Part shown: positions 28,701-41,400 of the stretch, one piece after another | How positions within the stretch are numbered: position 1 is the stretch's first letter | Layout of the letters: each line of letters starts with the position of its first letter | Source of the DNA: Trichoplax adhaerens | Taxonomy: Eukaryota > Animalia > Placozoa | Length of the DNA: 64,000 bases | Assembly (NCBI RefSeq): GCF_000150275.1 | Contig: NW_002060953.1 | Location: 228,286 to 292,285 of the forward strand | Reading direction: 5' to 3' | Translations under genes and position numbers: made by a program | Notes under the pieces: generated by a model | What the model was told of the DNA's origin: nothing | The model's database searches: none | What the model saw: the letters and a program-made list of their open reading frames with translations, nothing else

Positions 28701-31064
28701 ACCTCACTTCAGAAATTTAAATCGCTTCAGCTTTTAAATTGACTTCTCAAATACAAAGCATTTATGAAAATACGGCTATAATCATGATAGCTTAAATCCG
28801 CCATTTGCTACACGGTCAGTGGTACATATAATTATAGAAAATTTATAACAGGCTACTACGAGACTGTTAAAAATAGTTAGATATAGAATAAAAGCATTGT
28901 ATCAACAACATTCTAGAATATTTACAATTTGTCTTTTTGCTTCCCATTCTCGCTTAAAATTACCCTGATTAGAAGCCATAACACAATGCAACAGATTGCA
29001 AAGTAACAATACAGTAATGCATGCCCCACATAGTGACTAATGCCAAAAATATTTCCATAAAAATTATATTATAGAATTATTAAGAATAGGAAAATTGAAT
29101 CTAGTTTTAAACTATATATATGTATTAATAATATTTATAACTTCATTAATTATCTTCTAAGGTAAGATAGGTTACTTCAGCGCATGAAAATTTATAGGAA
29201 TGGCTAATATTTATAGAAATAATTTATAATTTTTGTTTAGATTAAACCTGAAGTAACGATATATTATAAATATATATTCAACATGACATTTAATAAGTCG
29301 ATTTCTGATTTTTAATCTCATTACTAAGGTATATGTTCGAATTTCATCCGTAACAGATATCATGATAACTTGTATTTACCACTTAAAATTGCTTTTAGTT
29401 GCAAAGTGAATATTTGCCTATAAGAAAAATGATTCACCATATACGTGTTTTAAATTTTAGTTCATCCTCTTTAGCACTACAGTAAATCTATATTTCTTAC
29501 CATTTAGTATAAATACTTTAGCCTTCACCTCTTGCGATTCCTATTCTTCCGCACTTACAAATTCATCGCCTAATTTATCTCCAAACCACTATCTGAATAC
29601 AATCATATCATAACTGTGTTTAACTATTCATGCCAATTATAAATTAATATTACCAATAGCATGCATCACTTTTGCCACTACTCATTGAGTTCCTTTCAAA
29701 ACACAATCATAGCAATCGAAATGTAATAAGATCAATAGCTACAATTACTCTAATTTCCATCTATCGAACAAATACAATATTAATCTACGGACTTTTTAAG
29801 CATGAGGCGAAACGTAAGACTAAACTTATTGCTTGCTTAGGCTATAGTATACATATCAACTTATACACCCGCACAAAATTAAGAAAGTAAAGCTTATCCG
29901 TTTGTTATAACTTTTTCAACACGACAAATTTAGAAGTTAAAATCCATACCATCCCGATTTTTTAGAAGGAACAGAAAATGATTAGGCAGTTCAATTTATC
30001 CAATATCACGATAGCTTTCAATGCCATACAATTGCGACTGTCGTTAATAATTCCAACATGAATAGATTTAGGCCTACTAGTAGGATAGTTTATAACTGGT
30101 ACATTAATAAGGAATGTGTTCATCTGCTAATCGTTGACTGAGTATCTACACTCATCATGCTTATTGTAAAATTTATCATTTCTTTAGCTTTATGTAGCTC
30201 GAAAGTACATTAAAAGCTGGTAAGTTCTAACATGTGACTGCTTCTATACATTTAAATAATGTCAAACAATATAAATTAAAAGCGTACCAGTTACGTTATC
30301 GTTAGCATTTATCTGTATACCTATATGAAATCCTCCTTATAAAGTGTTTGCCAATCAGCAACTAGCACGAATACTACTATGAAACTATGCATTTATATCC
30401 TGCTATTACAGAAAAGTTAAAATAACACCGTCCATTTCCCAGATATATCTTACAAGTATCGAGAAAATTTACTGTAATTATTTTTAAAACACCTTGGCTG
30501 TCCTATGTTGGCAAATATCTTATAGATTTCCATCTTTAGCTCATATGAAAAGTAAAAGTACCTAAAATAAAGCTTTCTATTTTAATATTGTATTATTTAA
30601 CGAGTAGATTAATTCTGAATTAGATTTTTGGCGAAATTATAGAATGTAATAATCTAATGCTAGTTAAATGAATATTCTAAGCCATCCAACTACGAAACTG
30701 CAAAAATTGCGGAAACAACTCTACACCGGTAGCTTTTCCATGTTTAATCATCATCATTCAGTAACCCCATATTGCACTGTTGTTCCTCTTACCTATCTTT
30801 ACCTTAAATTCAATTCACTGTTAAGAAATTATAATCATTTCAAATCATCAGGGTAATAAATTCATGTGCAAGAAATAATATTTATATTAAAGGCTAATAA
30901 CGATCTATTTTCACGTTGCTAATGAAAATTTCTTTCCATTATCCGATATTACGTAAGATCGTTTTATTTTATTATTGTAAAATGCAATAATATTAATCTA
31001 GGATAGTAGTAATGTGTTGCTTTAAATGAATTGACTAATATTAGGGGGAAAATAATTACATCTA

Positions 31065-31106
31065 GCGCGGCGGGTTATTAACTTAATAGTTCTATATGAC
31101 GTCATA
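31065..31106 (+). promoter_or_regulatory. Candidate promoter: GC-rich box plus perfect CRE palindrome
   Basis: GCGCGGCGGG at 31065-31074. 12-bp palindrome TATGACGTCATA at 31095-31106 containing the CREB/ATF site TGACGTCA, ~110 nt upstream of ATG 31214. Confidence 0.5.
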
Positions 31107-31213
31107 ATTCTAATTTAATAACCATACTATGTTCCATTTATAATGCAATAGTACCTGGAAAACTGGATCAATCATCCTTTTACTATCCCATCAAATCACC
31201 ATTACTTTGGCTA

Positions 31214-31271
31214 ATGTCGGAAAACGAAACTAAAAGACCACCACCAAACCTTGGCATGCCTATGCCATCAG
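31214..31271 (+). CDS. First coding exon MSENETKRPPPNLGMPMPS-G, probably an alternative first exon of the ETS gene
   Basis: ATG-initiated, GC-richer Pro-rich codons. Consensus donor CAG|GTAAGT in phase 1. CRE and GC box just upstream. Confidence 0.6.
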
Positions 31272-32689
31272 GTAAGTCTTGCTTAAAGCCAGCAAATAGT
31301 TGGCTTAATACAAGAGCAGAAACGTTGAAAATTTTTTAATTTTTAATTACCTATATAAGCAAAGAGGCTACTGAGAGAGAATGTAAACCAAACCTAATGA
31401 AGCTGACACTCTTATTTAATTATTACATTATTTTATCACTTTTGAGACGACACATAGAATTTATTTTAACTACAACCTACATTGCAGCTAATTCTAAGGA
31501 TTAAAAGTAAAAATTGAATACATAAATCTAAGATTTAGATCTAATTATGTTGCAATTAACCTTTCGATGACAAAAAATCATCTCCTCCTCTTGTTTAACA
31601 TTAACGCTACACGACTGTCTGTTATATAGCATAACATACATTGAAATTTGAGTGAAGAACTCAAATTATAAAAGATTCAGCAAAAACTATTGGTGGAAAA
31701 CATACTACTCGACTTTACCACTAGTACCTGTTGGCTTTGATCCCTAATAGATAAATGAAGTATTTTATCTAGCCATTAGTAAGAGCTTACAATCCAACGC
31801 ATTAATGTCTACAAATTCAAGGAGATAAATATTGATCGGCAATTGGCCTAAATTTAACCATTACCGACTAGCAAGAGCTATGACATATTGTAGCTTTTAT
31901 TAAAACTGCTTTAAGTCATATAAACATTTAAATTTATACGTTTTACACACTTAATGCTGATATCTGAACAAGAATTAAACTTTATCTTTAATAACTTAAA
32001 ATTACTTGAAGCAATGAATAATTAATCATCGTTAGTGACCTCACTTAAATTGCATTTGCAACTGTATCACTTTATTATGCTCGATGACCATTAATTTTGC
32101 AGCTATAATTAGTAAATTTTGAATTATGATTTAGAAATCTAATTGCCTCCCTTGATTAGACCGTATAAAACCCACGTAAACTACAGTAATTCTGCTTTTC
32201 TGCTTCTAGCATTTGTAATTCAGTAATTATAAGATTGTTTAACAAAAATCTATCGTAAACAGCTACTGCAGATAATCAAAATTTTACCATAACAATATAA
32301 ATTCAGATCAGTAGCTGCTTTTTGGTAACATCATACCAATCCACTCTTTATTTCCATTTGGAATAAAAAATGATATAAGTTAACATCGTGTCTGTTATCG
32401 TAACGATCAAAGAATTTTTTTTTAGACGCATAGCAACTTGGTAATATAAATCATGATTTGCGTTCACGACCATTTCTTTTAATTAAAATAGTTATGAAGA
32501 GAACTTCTATTCTTGAGTAAGGATTGCAAAAATCTCGATATGATCAGTGGCAACATTAGCAAGTATCTTGCCATTAACCATGAACTTGAAATCAATTCTT
32601 ACGGCGTTATAGTAGGTTAAGATTATTATATATTTGATGATATACAAGGGTGGAAGGATTTGTAGATACTAGCTTCTATTCTCTTACAG

Positions 32690-32908
32690 CCGAAAATTTT
32701 AATTTCGATATGACAACTTTAGATAACAACTGGAGATAATGACGATGGTGTTGGAATGGTAAAAGCGCCGTTCATTACGTTTAACATACCAATTGTATTT
32801 GGGATAACCGATAAAAAGAATATCAATTATGATACCATTACTGATGCATTCGATATCAGAAATAATACTGACGACGGCACAACTGATTATAATAATGTAA
32901 AATTGATA
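32690..32908 (+). other. Exon-like segment (219 nt) with strong splice signals but no continuous frame
   Basis: Acceptor TTCTATTCTCTTACAG| at 32689 and donor ATA|GTAAGT at 32908. The phase-1 reading stops after AENFNFDMTTLDNNWR, while a different Asp/Asn-rich frame is open from 32723 through the donor. Confidence 0.4.
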
Positions 32909-35900
32909 GTAAGTTTGCAATAATACCGGGTATCTTACCAATTATAACTGATAGTAAGTCTCCTGCTCAAATGAATATTTAAAAAAGTACTATCAATGAT
33001 TTCATAGTTAAACAGAGATCGCTTTAGTATTGATATACTGATAAAATGAAAGCAATGAATAAATATAAACTAAAAGTCAACATTTTCGATTTCCTGATAC
33101 ATTGATCTAACCATTTTACTATAGTAACTTAATAGTAATATTTATGAAAGGAATAGAATTAAGCCTCCTTTAGTCGCATTCTTAAGTCATCATTCATCCA
33201 ATAGGCTAATCAAATAACTACCGCTATCAAATCAAAGTAATTTATCGAAAGTGGCCTATAAAATGCACAATAGAATAGCAAACGGAACTTAGTAAAACAA
33301 ACTTCCATAAGGACTTTTTAAATGTAAATTACATTTCAATAACTAGATAACCCTATTCTGTTTTATTAGTATCCATAATTATATTTAACTAATCTTATCG
33401 GCATAATCGGCATAATCGTCACGATTATTCCAGGAATCTTTCTCAACAGGACTTCCCTGGTGCAGTCTTACTCTTTGATAGACTCGATTATTTTACACAA
33501 TGATAATTATATCTACCCAGATTTGATCGGAAAACCATTATACAATTACAATTACCCAATGATAAATCATCCAGAAAGATATTTACCAACGGCTTGAAGG
33601 CTTTAAGCAATCTAAAATGGGTATAAAGAATAATCTATCGATAATATTAAGTATCAAGCTTATAGAATTTTCTAAAAGAATAAAATCAAATTCTAATGGC
33701 TATACTTAAAATTAAATTCTCAGATTGGATAAAACTTTGTGATGTACGAGCAAGCTAACACATCATAACCTTAACACAATTAAGTCGTTGTTGAAAATTT
33801 ATGGTTTTGACAAATGCTTAGTTGGTAATACAAAACACTAAGCTTTTCTACTGTCATTCAGCCGGAATTATTAAGAATTAATTGCTAACTTCGAGATTTT
33901 AGCATTCATTCGGCACTACTAACCATAACAGAGTATTGTAACCTTGATATCTGAAGTCTCATAGATACATTTTTCCCTCCCTAACAAAACCTCATTTTTT
34001 CTTTATTTAAATATACCAGGTACCGAGGTAGGCTTTAATCTTTCTTATCTGAAACGCAACTTATCCTAATTTCTAAGACAATGTATTGCCATTCATTCAT
34101 TCTTTTACCTGCCAATTCTGAAGTAAAAATAACTACAGAATAAATATGAAAATAGATTCATCTTTTAGTATAAAATTTCGGTTAGCTTCTAACCTACTGT
34201 ATAAAGTCTAATTTTGAATTGGTACTTAAAAATTATCATTTTTAGTAGCGTAATCATCGCAAAGTATCGATCACTCCTTGAATTATACCGGTACTCATTA
34301 TGTCCTTCCTACTATGTAATTATCACAAAGTTAGGCGATTAAATACATGGTGTTCAATTTGATAATTAATTGTTTCTATTCAACAACCGACTATAGGAAT
34401 GATGATAATATCCCGACTCATTATTCTTTCCATTTCCTATTGCTTTTAACTTTATTATGGTCAAAGTAATTGCAGATAGCAGAAATGTCCCCTTCTTATT
34501 CAATAATACTTATTACTGAAGCAAAAAAATCCTAAACACTGAACAGCATCTCATTCTTTATCAGCTACTGTGCTAAAATTTGGTAAAGAGCACTAGATAA
34601 AATAAGAAAAAGTTCAACTTTATCCAAAAACATTACATCAATAATTCTTATCAAAGCTGATTAATCGATATCAAACAAAAGATATGAGCAGCAATCGTTT
34701 GTAATTAATCAACTCAATTGGATACGGTTGATTGAATACCCAATCATATCTATTTCGTTTAATCATGTTTACTTTGACAAATTTTAATATTAGGTTTCAT
34801 CCTGGCATTGTTATTAATCATCGTTTATTTTTACTTTATCTAGAGAATAGTTCGTCATATAGCTGATCGAGAGCTAAAATGAATATCGATCATAGATAGC
34901 CGCTTGATGCTTTTAAGGCACATACAATATAATAGCTCACTGGAATAAATACCTTATTTTAGTTTACTTCCGTAGCTAATAAATAATTATCAGTAAAATT
35001 ATAAAATAATAAAATCATGATAATCATTCAATTGTAGTCAAAAGCTATTCTATTTCTCATCTATTATGCAGTTATTATTTACCCCTCACTTCCTTCGCTC
35101 GCTTCTAACTATTAATAGCCACTTCCTCTAGAACAAATCAAAGAGTATGACTATTTATCCATTTCTTTATAGCTTCCTTTGATTACTAAGCCATCAAAAA
35201 CAATTTTGTAATCTCGGTTATTTATTATTATCTATTGAGCTATATTTGATCTTATTAATATCTATATGAAAAGGCTAAGACTGCATTCATGTTGGTTAGC
35301 GTGATTGATTCTAAAGACAGTTTCAATGCCATTGTTGATCGCTATCTTCCTGTTTTTAACCGACTCATTGATTGACAAGGCACTTCCATCTTTAAATTGA
35401 ATTACTTTCAATTACTATTGATAGATCAAAATTCAATCTAATATTTTTCTATAATAAGTTTGCAGTGATTACAAAAATACAATTCTTAGATTTTATGCAA
35501 CTAATTCATATATCCTATTCAGTAAAAAAATTATAAATAATTTGATATAGATAAAATTTTTCAAACAAACTTCAAGAAATATATCGCACTATAAGTATTA
35601 CTGAGCATTTCTATAATTGATAGCAGATCAGTAATGTAGTAGTAAATGTGTTAGGTTTGGTAACTTTTAATCATATGCGATAATGTAGAGGTAAAATCAA
35701 AAAGGCATTAATACATTATGTGCCTTAGCTATAAGTAGCTGCTAAAAATCGGCAGAAGAGGCAGATATTTCGCTGATGGTATTCTATAGCAGTGTCATGA
35801 ATTTACGAACAGGTCACAGTTATCTTGTAGCTGATAAGTAAATTCGCTATTAACAACTGAACTGAAATATTTAATTTCAATGATCAATTTAATATCCTAA

Positions 35901-36488
35901 AACTAATAAATAGACAAATAATCTCGCTATAGGCCAGCAACAATGCACTCTATTAGATGATAATCACGCCTGTTGCAAATAGATTTAAATTTCTGCCCTG
36001 GAATTTCATGGTCACGCCATATTAATTCAGATATATACAAAAATAATGATGCCATAACATGCAGAGTATTACTTATCCCGAGTTTCTTAGTGTAATAGTA
36101 TCACAACATATTAATTTCAATCTTTCGTATGGAAAATGGAAGAAAAAATATCTTAAAGTACCCACAGGTTCAATTTAACAACTTCCAATGTTATCTTATA
36201 CTTTATGCAGCTGCAATACGGGTGCCCTTAGAACTACAAATTGTCATGCATGACAGCAAATACCACGACTTGATGATATCTAGCTACAAAATTCACTATT
36301 AATTTGGATATACAGTCAAGAAGGAACTGAAAAATAAGCGAATAGGAACTTTATAGAGGCAATTATTTCGTATTTATGATCTTATATCACCACTTTTTAT
36401 GCCAAAATTTCCTCAGTTACCCTATAATGTCTATTTTAAATAAAGCAAACACTATTTTATTTCCCTATATTGTCTCCTGTACTATGAT

Positions 36489-36928
36489 TGTCATGGTGCG
36501 AACTACCGTGAAGAAATAGCTATCTAAATTTGGTTAATATAATATAGTGATAATATATTACAACTAGTTACTTACAATAGGAATTACTCTAATTATAAAT
36601 GTGTTACAGTAAATTTAATGCTGTGCTGTAATGTGCACTGAAATGATTCTGTGAATGGACATATTGTAGTCCGACTGTGAAAAATTAGTTAGTAGATGTT
36701 CTCCTAAATATTTTTATAAGATGACTCGTGAATGTTAGCTACTATAGAAGGGTATATAAGCCCGTCAGATAGTTGAATGAAGTAGTTCTCAATTGTCAAG
36801 TTGAGTTTAATGTAGAATCAAAGGCGTCTAAATTCTTGTGAGGTAGTTAAGGAATAGCGAATCCCGGAGACTATAGTAATTTAGAGATTTGTTTTACGTT
36901 ATCCTTGTCACGAAGCTGGTTTGTGACA
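36489..36928 (+). mobile_element. Solo LTR, family C (440 bp), 3' end related to family A
   Basis: TGTCA...TGACA ends. TSD ATGAT (36484-36488, 36929-36933). TATATAA 36753-36759. The 3' GTTATCCTTGTCACGAAGCTGGTTTGTGACA mirrors family A GTTATCTTGTTGCAAAGCTGTTTTGTGACA. Confidence 0.88.
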
Positions 36929-38399
36929 ATGATACATAGGCCTACTATTTGTAGAATTCGCTAATATACCAAAAAAAACAATTTCATTCTTACCCCACTC
37001 AATGACCCCTATAGAACTATGTTATTTTCATTCATGGAATAAATATATCGCTCCTTATTCTAGATTTCTCTTCATCGAAGGCCTATAGTATAAACTTTTC
37101 ATTTTAAAGGAAAACATACTTATAAACTAATTTACTCATTCTTTCAATAGTAACGATAGCTTTGCCATCAGAAGCGATTGCAGCAATAAATCATATGTCT
37201 TAAGTGAAGATGATGCGGGCAATTATGCGAAATTATAGCTAGTATAAAGTAGAATTCTTCTCAAAATGCTATATGCATCTACAAATTACTAGAATAGCTA
37301 AAACGAAATCTTAGCGAGATCGATTTTAAGATCTTATTGTAATTATCTACTTCTTATTTTAATCCTCTTGAAGCGGCCAACTCTAGAACATGCAAATCTA
37401 AATTTAAAATAGATTAATATAGCACCAAATGCTAACCGCCGATCAATTAACCTATATCGATCATCATAATCTTATTGCTAAGCCTTGAGCAAGATTAGCG
37501 CTAAATGAGAATCTTTCATGTTAGCTAACTTTGTTAATTCTAATCCATATCTCATTCCCGAAAATTTTCAGTAGTATCAGCAATTCATTTTATGCAACTG
37601 GTTCAACACTTTGATATACAAGAATAAACAAATAAATCTTTTTAGCATTATCAAAACTCTTTATTGCCATAAATTCATGACTTCTTATTCTTAATTAATA
37701 CTTTGAAACTTGATTCTAAATTAACTAAGGAGTGAATTTTTAAATGATATTAAATTATTTTTACCATATTAGCATCTGCTTCTTAATATATCGCTAGCTA
37801 TGTTGTTATTATGATTAATATTTTTCTTCAGGCGGCATATGCTTAAAATTACGTCAATGATACACGTTTAAAATCTCTGAAATATCCACGAGTAATTTAC
37901 TAGCCACTTCTTCTTACTTAAAACAAAATATGATACCTGCGAAAACCCTAATCAACCGTGGCTCAAGCCTCCTAAGGCATAAATTCCAAAAGAATAAGCA
38001 ATGAAATAAGGATTTAGTATCCTAGCACAAATTTTGAATTCTTAAACAACGAGAAATACAGAAAATATGCTCTTCGAGTATGAATAATTTGACATATAAA
38101 AATGAGAATCTTAAAGTTCTTAATAATTTATATAAATATTTTATGATAGCTATTAACTACATTTACGAAGATCTGTGAATGTATGGCAACGCTATATAGC
38201 TTGTATCAGACATTATAAAAATTACAATCAAGATGCCTATTCTTAAGATAATATTCTGGTAACTAGTAAATCAAGAATAGCAAAAAAATAACGGGCTCCG
38301 GTTAGGGTTAGGGCATGCAGAAATACTATGGGTCGATTTGCTGATTCAAAACTATAGCTGGAATAGGTTGGCGATTATTTTAAAGCTTAAATGCAAGCT

Positions 38400-38444
38400 A
38401 TTCTTAATCTAAATTTTCAAGGAATTCTTAATCTAAATTTTCAA
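38400..38444. repeat. Direct duplication of ATTCTTAATCTAAATTTTCAA (21 bp, period 24)
   Basis: Two exact copies at 38400-38420 and 38424-38444. Confidence 0.9.
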
Positions 38445-41400
38445 AGAAAAGAGAAATGATGAGAATTAACAATCAAGAATAATGAGTACTATATTATTCT
38501 GAGCTCATTTTCTCTTCTGATTGAAAATGTTTTATCTTAGTTGACAACAATCTTTAACATTTAGAATGCTAATTCTAGAAATAGATAGTATTACAGAAAA
38601 ATAGTAATTAGAAGAGAGATAGACAGACATGTGAAAACCTGTGCTAATGACAAATAAAGAGAATATAGAAATTTTATTCTCTTCATAATCAATAACTATA
38701 ACAAAGACATTCCTTCGGCGCAACAATAATCTAAATTAAAGCGGCAATATGAAATAGCTTAAAGTAATTTAATTGATACCGCGGAATAAATAAGAATTGT
38801 ATACTCGATACCATAGTACGATGATCTGTGTCTAGCATTTATTTTTTAGATTTCATGAATTTTATAACAGTAGGCACATGCATAATACAATCATATGCTG
38901 ACATATATAAACTGTTCATCAGTCTCCTGATGTGCTGATAGACAGGGCAGCAAAATATGCCGTATCTGAAATCTAGACATTTTAACTTAAATTAATCCTA
39001 CTGATACCTCGTAATTACTGACATTAGAAGTATGATATTGGACATTATTTAGACCATTAGACCATTATGAATGAATGTATGTATGGACAAGGCATATAGA
39101 ATTGTAAAATTAATTTATTGCTTCCTGAAATTAGGATTGTTAACTTATAACGGTAGCATTATGATGCAAAACTATAAGCAATGATCAAGACTGCACGCTA
39201 TAATATAATTTTTATTAAAGAGGGATCAAATATAGTAAATTAAATTAATTTATATTTAAAGGGTGGCCACTTTTTTATTTTTGACTAAAATATTGTATTA
39301 TAAACTGATCAAACTTTTTTAAGATAAGACCAATAATTACTTTTAGTGATTTGTATAATGTAAGTCTGCAGATACTAGTGTACAACTGATAAAATTTCTA
39401 TACTGTCAAGCAAAGATCAAAATCAGAAACAACAATAACAACAATCATAACAACCCAAGAACAATGTATATTAACATTTAACGCTGACAGTAACGGTAGT
39501 CAATCATACTGATCGATTTTATTACAATAAATAAAATTATTGTACGGGGTGATAGTATTATATTCAATCTTCTTTATGGCAATTGATTGGATTGCAATAC
39601 TATAGAATTTGTCAACAGTATTTCTTGATCATACTATTCCCTGCTCAATAGTAAGCATTTTATTTAGTCCTAATTTTCTTCCTGTCGCGCCTAAATGTAT
39701 ACTTTTATGGTACACATTAGCCGGTAGTAACGATTAAAAAAAAATTAGAATAGTTATTACTGGAATAACATCCGATATTGTTAAGAACGAGACTCAAGGA
39801 AGAAATACATCTTGCTTATATAAGAAATGCTCGTAAATATTAATATATAACGAAGCTACTGTTGTATTTAATGCTAATAAAGAAATTCCGCAGCAGATGA
39901 ATCCCAATCGTATACGTACCCATTAATCGATAGGAGGTCCATTTTCAGCCAACAAGAAGCTAGAATTTATTGGTTCTACAGCTGAAACATCTGTAATAGA
40001 ACATCTCGTTTTAAATTAATGTCATAAAAATCTTATGATAGCAGCAAATAGTTTACAAAAGTTAACAATTTTGATCTACGTTATGAACAGCGGCCTACTT
40101 TTTTCAATATATCTAAATAAAAAAATGCAATAGGAATTATATACATCGTGCAGTAATTAGAAATCAAGTGCTGGTAAGATGACGATGAATCTGGAAGTTA
40201 AATATTGTTTATGTATACTGGCTTTGTATCAATGCTCTCTTTAGTCAATATATGGAAGCTCATTCAATCCGACAAATCGTTTATCCTGACAGTACCAGCC
40301 AATATGTGGCGTGCGATTTCAATCTGTTGTTATTAAACTAGCTAAAGCGGATGTGAAGAATGACAGATAAAAAATTGTTTGGAATATTTTGCTTGATAAC
40401 ATTAAAAATCGAATATGATCATCAACAAAACAAGAGTATAGTTACGGAACAATAAATAGAATGGTACAATTTAACTAAGAATTTCCATATAATAATAGAT
40501 GACATTTTAATTAAATGAATAGTAAGCGACAATTAATAGGAAGCTTATTAATGATAATTACTACCTACTAAAATTAACTTGTTGTATGATACTGAACAAT
40601 TCATATCAACGCGAGCTGTTGATTTGTTAAGATTCCATAAACTATAGTTTAATCATTACTACTTCCACCTCCTTTTACATTAAGTCAATGCAACACTCAT
40701 TATAGCTAATCTATTGACTAGAAATGCTCCATTAATCCAATATAATCAATACCCATCTGCTGCTATATGTGCGGCAAATCATTTTAAAGATGAATTATTG
40801 ATTTATCAATAAATGAAGAAAAAATATAATATAAAAATACACATCTTTCATAATGTATTGTATTTATAAATATGATATACCGGGTTTCAGCTTCCTCTTT
40901 TTATAATTTAGTACTATAAACATGTCTTCAATTAAATCAATATCGATAGCTACCGCTCCAAATTAAAAGCACAGATTAGCCCATTTCGAATAGTATAAGT
41001 AAACAATTTATTTGTCATCTAATTCATACCGAGATAGATATATACCTTATTCCTATCACCTCATTACCAATCCACTCTCCCACCTGCTACCATTAACATA
41101 GTAGATTCGGCTGTGATAAAATAGACTGATGCAAAGCTGTAAATCTCATCTTCTATCTTTAAAATAATATTCCTACTCCTTGTAACTATTCTACAGCAAT
41201 TATACTCGAAACGCCAATACCAGAACAGCAAAATATAACATTCGTCAGGTCAATAACAACTAAGATTACTTCTCTAAGTGGATACTTGGCCATTAAGCTT
41301 TGTTACTGTACGTCCAAAATCAAATTTTTACTTGACTATAATACATGGAAGCATTTTGGATACTTATAATCGCAATTGGGATATTCTAAATCTAAGCTAA

